This document shows positions 6,639-14,899 of a stretch of 14,929 bases of DNA, piece by piece; position 1 is the stretch's first letter; each line of letters opens with the position of its first letter. Position numbers and translations under genes: made by a program. Under the pieces are notes generated by a model. That model ran no database searches. It was not told the DNA's origin and saw only the letters and a list, made by a program, of their open reading frames with translations. Source of the stretch: a virus (taxonomy: Duplodnaviria; Heunggongvirae; Uroviricota; Caudoviricetes). Location of the stretch: the IMG/VR virus record IMGVR_UViG_3300042860_001920. One strand, 5' to 3'.

Positions 6639-9600
6639 ATGGCAAACCAAACAGTATCGACAGACTTAAACTATGACTCATCTGCAATAAGCGGATTAGC
6701 TAATGGTGATAATATCACTATCAATTCAGGTGCGAAACTTACAGTCAACTCTGATATGCGTTGGGGTCAGCAATCTGCTGTCGTTGGAGATATTGATATT
6801 ACTGAAGGTGAGTTAAAAATTGATGCTACTGAAACTTGGTGGATTCCTTTTGATACTTCTAGCGGTAATGTTCCTGCTCTTGGAACAGTTGGGACTCCTG
6901 ATGTAACTCGTGGTGGTTCAAATGTCGGAGAGTTTCTTGGTGTATTTACTGCACTTGGAGTTGCTCCTTCAACTGCTGGTAGTTCAATGCCTGCAAGTGG
7001 ATTTATCAAATTAAGAACAAAGAGTGTAACTCTTGCTGATGATGATGTATTAACTTTCACAGGTGGAGCGACAATTACAATCAACTCTACTACTGGTGGT
7101 CAAAGAGGCTGGCTTCATATTGTAGGAGAAGAAGGAACAACTTCTTTAACGGGTCGTGTTCACGCATCATCACTTTTATCTAAAATAACTACCAATGGTG
7201 GATGGTTTGAACTTGGTGTATCTAATGGTGTAGCAGGACAAGTCTTTCAGCATTTCGTTGGGGATTATTGCCCTGCATTACAAGTAGAAACTGGTAATGG
7301 AACTGGCATATATCAATGGTGGGGTGCTTGTGCTGTAGCAGATTTCTCTGATGTAAATGTACCAACAGATGCTCGTGGTAGATGGTATTCTTGCACATCT
7401 GCGGGTGTGATTACTTTTGGTGGTGATACATACGGAGTTCTTCCACCAAGCGGTGCTCGTATTCGTGTTCCTAATATTCATATAAGCACATCAACAAGTG
7501 CAGACTGGTCTGCAAATGTTGTTAATGCAGTAACTCCTATTTACAGGTATCGTTTGTTTGGTTCTCCAGGAGCGTTGGATATTAACTATGTTATATCTTG
7601 TGGAAACATTATTGGACAGACCACTCAATCTTATTCGGTAAAAACAAGTGCAGGGTTGGATGGTTGTTTTTATGGTAATGCAGGAACTCCTTCTACTTAT
7701 CATTCTAATGTCGTATTTGAAAATGTTTCAACATCATTCGTTCTAACACCAGGGCGTATTCAACTTGGATTTGCTTTTTCAGAGAACTTATCATTTACAG
7801 ATGTAAATGTTTTTAGGATGCCTTCGTATGATAGTGCATCTAGCCCTATGTCGTTTTCCGCGTGTAACAATGTTACATTCACAAGACTTGAGTTGTTTGG
7901 TAGACAACAAGGAGGTTCTTGTCTTCTTGTAACTTCATCATCAAATGTGGTCTTTGATAATTGTGTTATTGTCACTCCTGCTGTTTATGCAGTTACGCTA
8001 ACAAGCAGTATAAATGTCATAATGCGAAACTCGCAGTTTTGTGGGCGTATGGTTGGGGCAACTGGAGCACCAAACTATGAGATTTACGCAAATGATATAA
8101 ACGGGTTGATTATTGACGGATTAACTATGTTTTCTGGTATCAATTTAGGGCCATCAAACCAATTTATATATTCTTCAGGTGGTCGTAATATTAGAGTTAG
8201 AAATATTGGAACTCGTGACGTTGCTCCTGTAGTAATAGATTTAGCAAGAGAACTCGTTTCATTAGTAAATGTAAGAAATGCTCGTCTTGAAAGAGTGTTT
8301 TACAGACCAAGGGCAGGTTATGATATTAACCTATTAGTGCAAAATGCGACTGATGATGTGATTCAATCAGATTGTGGATGGAGTTATACCGCAGGGGCAT
8401 TTGCACAAGCCATCACAGATGTTAATAGGTCAAAGAGAATAATTGGTGGTGGACTTAAAACTTATGCCACAGCACCGATAGCAGGAAGAACTTGTTCAGT
8501 TTTCAATGCTCGTGGAATGCACTTCGTAGAGCAAGAGGTTTCTGCAACAGAAATTATGCTAACTGTTATGACTGGTTCTCCTAAAACCACGAGTGATTTT
8601 TCTTCTCCTGCTTATACTGAAGATGCAGGAACTATTTTACGAGATGGAAATAACGGACTAGCATTAAGAAACATCGGTGACCAAGTAACTTGGACTTGGG
8701 GTTGGTATATTCTTGGAGTTAATAGCCTTCAGAATACAGCACCATTACTTGATGGAGTTAATACAGGTAACTTCACATTAACTTATGATATTGATAAAGG
8801 TAATGGATTTAGTGGTTCATTCAAAGCATTAACTGCATCAAACTGGTCTGCGGAAACAGGAATTTCTCCGAGCATTGGTTTCAGATGGAAATTACGGGCA
8901 GTATGTAATACGGCTAACACAAGTAATTTACTTCGTGCTGTATCTATGTTCTGTGATACAACACAACAGACACTAACTGATAATCCTTATCCATACAATG
9001 AACCTAAAGTAGCTCTGTCAAACACTCAGGCTGGTTCACTCGGTGCTGTATTTCAAAATAGTAATGGAAAACTCCTTGATGTAAAATCAGCGACAACTCC
9101 AAACTTATATCCAGCTTGGTATTCTGATGCTTCTTGCACAGTAAGAGTTCGTAAAGCAGGTTGGAACGAAGTAGAAACTCCGTTTACACTTACAGAAGAT
9201 GGAGCAAGTTTTCCGCTTAATCAAACTAATAGTGCAATACCAGATACAGACCCAGGGGCATTAGGAATCACAGTAACCAACCATGGTGCTTCTCCTGTAA
9301 CTTGGGAAGGCAAAGAATATTCAATCACGATAACGGTATCCGACAGTTCCACGGCTGCGCAGATCGCTCAGTATATCTCGTGGCATACAGCGCAGGACGC
9401 ATACTCGCTAGTCACTGGTTATCACAACATGGCACTACCTGCGATGGTCGTAGCGGTCGGAGCTGAGGTGGAAACGTCGAGAGGCACCCTGTTCGGATCA
9501 GCAGGAGCATCCTTGAAGGGTGTCCGTGTGGTAGACGGCTCCGACAACGCTATCGCGGGATTCGCACGATTCCAGTCCGATGACGGCACGTACTACACCA

Positions 9601-10319
9601 CGCCGCAGATCGCCACGATCTCCCACGCAACCTTGCTGGCTGGATCGCGGGTGCAGCTGTTCAATGTGACAACGGACACGGAGATCGAGAACGTGGTGTT
9701 GGCTGGGGTCGGGTACGAATACAGCTACACTGGAGGGGTCGGTATCAGTGAGGGAGACACCATACGCCTGCGGGCAACGAAGGTTGGGTACCTTGGCTTG
9801 GAACTTAACAGTGCCGCAGGTGTGCAGGGTTCATCTTTTGTTGATACTCAGGTGGTAGACACGGTTTACGTGTCCAATGGTATAGACGGAAGCGCGATAA
9901 CGGAGTTTACGGCATCATACAATGATGTTCAGATAGAACTTGACGACCCTGACGGTATCACGACGGTGCAGCGCATGTATGCATGGTATCATTTCAATCT
10001 TACGACAGAACTCGGGATACGCCACTATTTCGGGACATGTGTGGCCGAAGACTTGGTTAATTACAGGATAGTAACGACCGTTATGACTTTGAATCTGGAT
10101 AATGTGACCGCAAACCCCGTACGCCTAGTGGGAGCGAGAATCTACCGCGACGATGGCGGCGCACTCATCGCCCCGTCGAGCGGGAGCATACAGATAGAAC
10201 CAGACAAGGTATACGCTATTGAAACAGGAGTGAGTGGGTTGACGCCACAGGAAAGTGCGGAGTTGTTCAAACTTACGCCTATCAAGAAGAATGTGGACTT
10301 GATACCCGCTTTACTGTAA
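6639..10319 (+). CDS. Large virion-associated protein with central right-handed parallel beta-helix (tailspike/pectin-lyase-like), 1226 aa
   Basis: GGAG at 6625-6628. Beta-helix-like periodicity at about 7710-8310 (NVVFENVS, NLSFTDVNV, NNVTFTRLEL, SNVVFDNCVI, INVIMRNSQF, RNIRVRNI, RNARLERV). C-terminal ETGVSGLTPQES motif is reminiscent of phage proteins. The last ~1 kb has GC-rich codon usage. Enzymatic activity is not demonstrated. Confidence 0.7.
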   Translation: MANQTVSTDLNYDSSAISGLANGDNITINSGAKLTVNSDMRWGQQSAVVGDIDITEGELKIDATETWWIPFDTSSGNVPALGTVGTPDVTRGGSNVGEFLGVFTALGVAPSTAGSSMPASGFIKLRTKSVTLADDDVLTFTGGATITINSTTGGQRGWLHIVGEEGTTSLTGRVHASSLLSKITTNGGWFELGVSNGVAGQVFQHFVGDYCPALQVETGNGTGIYQWWGACAVADFSDVNVPTDARGRWYSCTSAGVITFGGDTYGVLPPSGARIRVPNIHISTSTSADWSANVVNAVTPIYRYRLFGSPGALDINYVISCGNIIGQTTQSYSVKTSAGLDGCFYGNAGTPSTYHSNVVFENVSTSFVLTPGRIQLGFAFSENLSFTDVNVFRMPSYDSASSPMSFSACNNVTFTRLELFGRQQGGSCLLVTSSSNVVFDNCVIVTPAVYAVTLTSSINVIMRNSQFCGRMVGATGAPNYEIYANDINGLIIDGLTMFSGINLGPSNQFIYSSGGRNIRVRNIGTRDVAPVVIDLARELVSLVNVRNARLERVFYRPRAGYDINLLVQNATDDVIQSDCGWSYTAGAFAQAITDVNRSKRIIGGGLKTYATAPIAGRTCSVFNARGMHFVEQEVSATEIMLTVMTGSPKTTSDFSSPAYTEDAGTILRDGNNGLALRNIGDQVTWTWGWYILGVNSLQNTAPLLDGVNTGNFTLTYDIDKGNGFSGSFKALTASNWSAETGISPSIGFRWKLRAVCNTANTSNLLRAVSMFCDTTQQTLTDNPYPYNEPKVALSNTQAGSLGAVFQNSNGKLLDVKSATTPNLYPAWYSDASCTVRVRKAGWNEVETPFTLTEDGASFPLNQTNSAIPDTDPGALGITVTNHGASPVTWEGKEYSITITVSDSSTAAQIAQYISWHTAQDAYSLVTGYHNMALPAMVVAVGAEVETSRGTLFGSAGASLKGVRVVDGSDNAIAGFARFQSDDGTYYTTPQIATISHATLLAGSRVQLFNVTTDTEIENVVLAGVGYEYSYTGGVGISEGDTIRLRATKVGYLGLELNSAAGVQGSSFVDTQVVDTVYVSNGIDGSAITEFTASYNDVQIELDDPDGITTVQRMYAWYHFNLTTELGIRHYFGTCVAEDLVNYRIVTTVMTLNLDNVTANPVRLVGARIYRDDGGALIAPSSGSIQIEPDKVYAIETGVSGLTPQESAELFKLTPIKKNVDLIPALL

Positions 10320-10330
10320 TTAAAACTACT

Positions 10331-10408
10331 ATGAATTGGCTCCGCTCAATACTGCAATCCATCGGCATCGGTCAGTATGATAGTAGCCATTTGTTAGCAG
10401 GAGATTAA
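10331..10408 (+). other. Possible 25-aa ORF or gene remnant (MNWLRSILQSIGIGQYDSSHLLAGD)
   Basis: ATG 11 nt after the stop of gene 6, with no clear RBS. Composition resembles the GC-richer block. May be the stump of a donor gene at a recombination junction. Confidence 0.2.
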
Positions 10409-10409
10409 T

Positions 10410-10552
10410 ATGAGCATAGATTTTGTAGCAACCAACCCAGTATTGGAGTGTTTGCCCCTGATCCAGTTCCAGTAGTTGAAGAACCTGTTGTGGAACCTGA
10501 TCCTATACCTGAAGAACCAGTTGTAGATCCTATTGAAGAACCTGTTGCATAA
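10410..10552 (+). pseudogene. Frameshifted or internally deleted small gene with Pro/Glu/Val-rich acidic tail
   Basis: AGGAG (10399-10403) precedes ATG 10410, whose frame reads MSIDFVATNP... and stops at TAG 10473-10475. The -1 frame has no ATG but reads PSIGVFAPDPVPVVEEPVVEPDPIPEEPVVDPIEEPVA-TAA (10550-10552). One extra base near aacccag (10434-10440) would restore a 47-aa protein. Confidence 0.55.
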
Positions 10553-10585
10553 TTTAAATACAGTGATAGAATTATCATAATTTTT

Positions 10586-10593
10586 ACTAAATA
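10586..10593 (+). promoter_or_regulatory. Possible late promoter variant ACTAAATA
   Basis: The core TAAATA of the T4-like late promoter sits in the intergenic gap, 12 nt before RBS AGGAG (10606-10610) and 26 nt before ATG 10620, a similar geometry to 5219-5226. It deviates from the T4 consensus and lies in AT-rich DNA. Confidence 0.45.
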
Positions 10594-10619
10594 ATTAAAA
10601 GAAACAGGAGAAATAATAT

Positions 10620-11111
10620 ATGACAATTCAAGCAGATTTTAGTGTACCATATCCACCATCCCAAGCAGAAGATGGAAAATTCGTTTATCTTAATCCATCT
10701 ACATTACCAAACTATCCAGAAACCTACACAAATAGTTATACTGGATCAGCAATACCAACAAGAGGTCGTTATGCTCAATTAGTTTACAGTGTAGGTGGAG
10801 ATTCTTCTGGAACAATTTTATCAGGTGGTTTACCTAATACTACTTTGGAACAATTGGTAACATTTAATACAAATGCTTCATCTATGATAACATTTGATCC
10901 TGCTGTTACCCTTATGGAAGTATCTAATCGTTCAACTGGTTCTATTTATATCTCTTATGCAAATCCAGTAACAAGTTTTAGTAGCCTTACAGCCGCTGGT
11001 TTAGAAATTGCCAAAGGTTCGTTTTATAGTATTGAAAGAACTGTTACAAATGTCACCATTGGTTCAGTTGCTGGTGGTAATGTTGTAGTGTTCGGTCATT
11101 ATAAAGCATAA
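10620..11111 (+). CDS. Hypothetical phage protein, 163 aa (beta-rich C-terminal half, possible virion component)
   Basis: RBS AGGAG at 10606-10610; clean ORF with codon usage like the AT-rich genes. The C-terminal half alternates hydrophobic residues (LMEVSNRSTGSIYISY...LEIAKGSFYSIE..VTNVTIGS) as in a small beta-sandwich. No family recognised. Confidence 0.75.
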   Translation: MTIQADFSVPYPPSQAEDGKFVYLNPSTLPNYPETYTNSYTGSAIPTRGRYAQLVYSVGGDSSGTILSGGLPNTTLEQLVTFNTNASSMITFDPAVTLMEVSNRSTGSIYISYANPVTSFSSLTAAGLEIAKGSFYSIERTVTNVTIGSVAGGNVVVFGHYKA

Positions 11112-11119
11112 GGAGTACC

Positions 11120-14100
11120 ATGAAAAAACAATTATTCAAACTATTAGCCGTATTAGCTCTTTCTTTAAACAGTTTTGGTGGTTCTACAATGACACCATCT
11201 GTGGTAGATTTACCTATTGTAGTAGAACAAGTTAGCAACCTTACAGTAGAAGTATCTAAAAAAGTAGACACTAATGATCTACAATCTACCACACTAGGAT
11301 CAGAAGGTATTAGACAAGTTGGAGCATTAGGTGGTTACAATTTGGATAGATTTTTAGCAGATTCCGCTGCACGTGGAGTTACAAGAGATTATCCAGTATT
11401 TACCTATACACAAGCAGTTCTACCTAGTTTGGAGTTTGCATGGACTGCTGGTGATGTTTATTCTCCTATACATGGATATTATCATATGGTTGCAGGAAGT
11501 AACACACTTACCGACAACAGGGTAAATTATGGATATTGGAGAGTAAACAATCCATATGAAATGCAATGGACAGTAAACACTTTATCTGATATCGAAAATA
11601 CTATTCCAGTTGTAACTGTTTCATGTGCTCAAGGCAGAATTCTTCATGTTGGTGATACTGTTCCCATGGGTGAAATGCCTTTGAGAATGGATAATGCACA
11701 CCGTAAAATCTTCCCTTCGTTAATTGTAGATGGATTAAATTTCAGTCCACTTAATTATACAAATTACAATTTAAATGCTATCATACAAACCGCTGGTACT
11801 GAAATCCATAATATGATAGAGATTAATACCCATCCTTCTAAAAATTTAACTGAATATAATGTGGCTCTTGGAAAATTCTTAATCCCTATATATAGAACAA
11901 ATACTGATATGTGGGTAACTGGGTTAGCTAGTAATTTACCTGTAGATCAATGGGATAATGGTAGTAATCTTGTTTCTTGTGTTGAGAGTAACTGGTATCG
12001 TGGTTTGCTATTTTCTGCTGCTAATTCAAAACAAATGGCATACATGTATCCACAAGCATCATATACAAATTACGCTGATGCTCTTGCTGGTGCTGATCCA
12101 GATATGCCTCCGGGGTTTGCTCCATATATTCCTCGTTGTACTGCTTATATTTTCATGGGTGGTGATACTAATTTAAGAACATCTGCGGATTCATGGATTG
12201 ATAGAAGATTGATAATCCAAAGAGGTAATGTTTCAACTTCTTCTGGTGGTGGGTCTGGTGCAATTCCCTCATTAACACAAATATTAGCACAGAGTCCAAA
12301 TTCTGGTGGTTATTTTATAGATGGTCTTACTGGCTTACCTTCTAATGACGATCAAGTTGTTAATAAACTTTACGTTGATTCAAAAATCAATAATATGAAT
12401 TCAGGTAAGGCATACGTTGACCCTAATGGTAATGATGCCACCGCAGAATTGCATAGTTCTACCTTACCTTTCAAGACAATTCAAGCCGCCATTAATGCCG
12501 CTGCGAATGATACCAACAGATACATTGTTCTACTTAGCCCCGGTGTTTATGATTTAAACGGTACAAACATCATAATGAAAGAGAATGTATCACTAGAAGG
12601 TGCAGACATACAAGGCTGTATTATTATTGGTGCTATATACTATCCTACTAATTATATGGATATTAGTGGTTCAGAAATAGCGAAGTTGTCTGTATTCTCT
12701 CATAATGAACCATCTATTGTTATTAATGCTGGTGCTGACGATGCTTATGCAGGAATACGATCATGCTGGTTGAGAGCAAATTATGATAATACAGTTTCAG
12801 AAAAATCTGTTGTATTAATTAAAAGAGGACTGGTAGAAGATTATGGAACGACATATCATGAGTTGAATATTTTAACTACTAATGGTTCGGTTGACCACGT
12901 TTCTATCTTTGCACACACAACAGATACAAATAACCAAGGATTGAGCACATTTACTGCATTTGCTCCTTCGTCTATTCTAAATTGTACTGATACTAATGAT
13001 GAGATCAGTTTGATGCATACCTATGATAATACGGACACTGCCTGTATTAATGAATGTATTGCGGGTAATTTCAATATCATTATAAACCACGGTAATGACA
13101 TGCATAACAACAAAATTAAACTAGTTTCACATGACAACGCAGTTGGCAGTACGTTGTCAATGGGTAATGCTACAAGATTATACATGGACGAAACAAACAA
13201 TTGTAATTTATTTATGGCGTTTGCAAAAGATGGAACAGGTGAGAATGTTGCTATAATTAGAAATAATCATGTACGAGTTATAAGTGGTTCATCATCTAAC
13301 ATATGGTTTGGTGCGGCTACTACAACTAACGACAATATTCGCATATACGACACTGAGATAATTCAGAAGAATTTCTTCAACTATTATCCAAAACGTTATA
13401 CGGCTGAAGGTTCTGATGGTAGTTATTATATCAATACAGCGCATCAAAATGGTGATATAATTTTAGGTGGAGCACTTGATATGTTTACACCTAATAGTTT
13501 GAACGATATCACTTATAATTTACCTAGTGTTGGTCATATAAAGATTTATCTTGATAATACTACTGGATTGGAGCAACCTTATTACATAGACTCAACTGGC
13601 ACAAAATTCAGAATTTGTCGTGATTCAGTTTTCCTTGGGTACAACACCGAAACTAATACTTTGATGCCCGGAGAAGTTGTAAGCATTACTCCCGGTTCTA
13701 CCAACCATTTACAGAACATCAAACGTGCTACCTGTATTTTGGGTGATCAGTCACTAGTGCTTGGTATTATTAATACTCAAAATGGTGTTCCTGCTGGTGC
13801 CAAGGCTCATGTTATGGCAATTGGAACAACAGAGGCAACCCCTATTGATACATCTATGTACATTGCAGGTACACCATTATATCTTAGTGCAACTACAGCG
13901 GGTGGGTTTACTAACGTACCTCCACTACCTCCATTTGTTACAAAGCAAATTGGATGGTGTGGTTTCAGTTCTACAAATGGCACGATTATTGTTAATCGTT
14001 TTCCTGCTGATGTATTAGGTGATCAAATTCCATCGTACTATGCAACTGCTTCTAACTTAGTTGCAGAGACAAATAGAGCGTATGTTGCTGAGACTAATTT

Positions 14101-14899
14101 AAGTAACAGAATTAATATAGAGACTAATCGTGCGTATGTAGCTGAGACTAATCTTTCAAACAGAATTAACATAGAAACAAACAGAGCTATAATTGCCGAA
14201 GCAGGGTTGACAAATGCAATTATTGACAATTATACCAATCTCAATAATTCAATTAATGCTGAGACAAATCGTGCTTATATTGCTGAGACTAATTTAAGTA
14301 ACAGAATTAATATAGAGACTAATCGTGCGTATGTAGCTGAGACTAATCTTTCAAACAGAATTAACATAGAAACAAATAGAGCTATAGTAGCTGAAACCAA
14401 TTTACAAGGTCAAGTGACATCTGCAACAAATAGAATTGCAATTATTGAGTCTAATACTCAATCTTGGAATAATGTTGCAATATCAAGAAAATTCTTTGCG
14501 AATGTTGGTGGGGCAATACAGACATTTGGTGGTGGTACAACAGATAAGGTTTTATATACGAATAACACCTTGAATGTTGGTGGAACGTATTCTAATTCGG
14601 TGGCAAGATGGATACCCGGTGTTTCAAATGTTATGATAAGAATATCTGGTAATCTTAATGTAGATATGGCTAACAATTCTATAGCATATATTTATGTTTA
14701 CAAAAATGGCGGTTTAAAATGTACCGTGTTTTCTAAAAGAACAACCAACTTGGGTGAAGAACTAGGACATGGGTATTCATTTGTTGACATAACGACTAAC
14801 GCCGCTGACTATTATGAAATTTTTGCAAATATAGCTGGTGGTGGTGCTCAGTTAAATGGCAATAATGGTAATTGGTGGTCTGGTCAGATTGTTTATTAA
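11120..14899 (+). CDS. Multidomain fibre/tailspike-like protein, 1259 aa: signal peptide, unknown N-domain, beta-helix, DUF2190-like module, 18-aa coiled-coil repeats, C1q-like C-terminal head
   Basis: RBS AGGAG (11111-11115) overlaps the upstream TAA. N-terminus MKKQLFKLLAVLALSLNSFG|G. VVNKLYVD fibre motif at about 12356-12379. YVDPNGND...PFKTIQAAIN...LLSPGVY..NIIMKENVSLEG is a typical beta-helix N-cap (from 12407). GTPLYLSATTAGGFTNVPP..KQIGW module at about 13630-14000. ETNRAxxAETNLSNRINI repeats at 14066-14449. The C-terminal FFAN..Q..KVLY..N.GG.Y...YIYVYKNG..AADYYEIF pattern resembles C1q/TNF-like domains. Confidence 0.78.
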   Translation: MKKQLFKLLAVLALSLNSFGGSTMTPSVVDLPIVVEQVSNLTVEVSKKVDTNDLQSTTLGSEGIRQVGALGGYNLDRFLADSAARGVTRDYPVFTYTQAVLPSLEFAWTAGDVYSPIHGYYHMVAGSNTLTDNRVNYGYWRVNNPYEMQWTVNTLSDIENTIPVVTVSCAQGRILHVGDTVPMGEMPLRMDNAHRKIFPSLIVDGLNFSPLNYTNYNLNAIIQTAGTEIHNMIEINTHPSKNLTEYNVALGKFLIPIYRTNTDMWVTGLASNLPVDQWDNGSNLVSCVESNWYRGLLFSAANSKQMAYMYPQASYTNYADALAGADPDMPPGFAPYIPRCTAYIFMGGDTNLRTSADSWIDRRLIIQRGNVSTSSGGGSGAIPSLTQILAQSPNSGGYFIDGLTGLPSNDDQVVNKLYVDSKINNMNSGKAYVDPNGNDATAELHSSTLPFKTIQAAINAAANDTNRYIVLLSPGVYDLNGTNIIMKENVSLEGADIQGCIIIGAIYYPTNYMDISGSEIAKLSVFSHNEPSIVINAGADDAYAGIRSCWLRANYDNTVSEKSVVLIKRGLVEDYGTTYHELNILTTNGSVDHVSIFAHTTDTNNQGLSTFTAFAPSSILNCTDTNDEISLMHTYDNTDTACINECIAGNFNIIINHGNDMHNNKIKLVSHDNAVGSTLSMGNATRLYMDETNNCNLFMAFAKDGTGENVAIIRNNHVRVISGSSSNIWFGAATTTNDNIRIYDTEIIQKNFFNYYPKRYTAEGSDGSYYINTAHQNGDIILGGALDMFTPNSLNDITYNLPSVGHIKIYLDNTTGLEQPYYIDSTGTKFRICRDSVFLGYNTETNTLMPGEVVSITPGSTNHLQNIKRATCILGDQSLVLGIINTQNGVPAGAKAHVMAIGTTEATPIDTSMYIAGTPLYLSATTAGGFTNVPPLPPFVTKQIGWCGFSSTNGTIIVNRFPADVLGDQIPSYYATASNLVAETNRAYVAETNLSNRINIETNRAYVAETNLSNRINIETNRAIIAEAGLTNAIIDNYTNLNNSINAETNRAYIAETNLSNRINIETNRAYVAETNLSNRINIETNRAIVAETNLQGQVTSATNRIAIIESNTQSWNNVAISRKFFANVGGAIQTFGGGTTDKVLYTNNTLNVGGTYSNSVARWIPGVSNVMIRISGNLNVDMANNSIAYIYVYKNGGLKCTVFSKRTTNLGEELGHGYSFVDITTNAADYYEIFANIAGGGAQLNGNNGNWWSGQIVY
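14066..14449 (+). repeat. 54-bp (18-aa) coiled-coil repeat array with a perfect 97-bp duplication (14085-14181 = 14280-14376)
   Basis: Six ETNRA motifs in two blocks of three, offset 195 nt (65 codons). Confidence 0.95.

Noticed and set aside
10564-10577. Palindrome TGATA-gaat-TATCA resembling a Fur box
   Set aside because: It has only 5-bp arms and is one base shorter than the 7-1-7 Fur consensus, which is easily produced by chance in AT-rich DNA.
10405-10626. Minus-strand 73-aa ORF with hydrophobic start and Gly/Ser/Thr repeats
   Set aside because: It is the antisense shadow of the Pro/Glu/Val-rich plus-strand tail. It overlaps the RBS and start of the 163-aa gene, runs against every other gene and has no evident RBS.
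1496-14676. Other short ORFs in the track (1496-1747, 1834-2031, 1906-2088, 3029-3283, 6767-7084, 7278-7481, 7491-7703, 7760-7975, 11053-11292, 11958-12176, 13761-14018, 14038-14229, 14458-14676)
   Set aside because: All lie within or largely overlap long, well-supported genes, in alternative frames or antisense. They show no recognisable motifs, and their periodicity mirrors the host-gene repeats.
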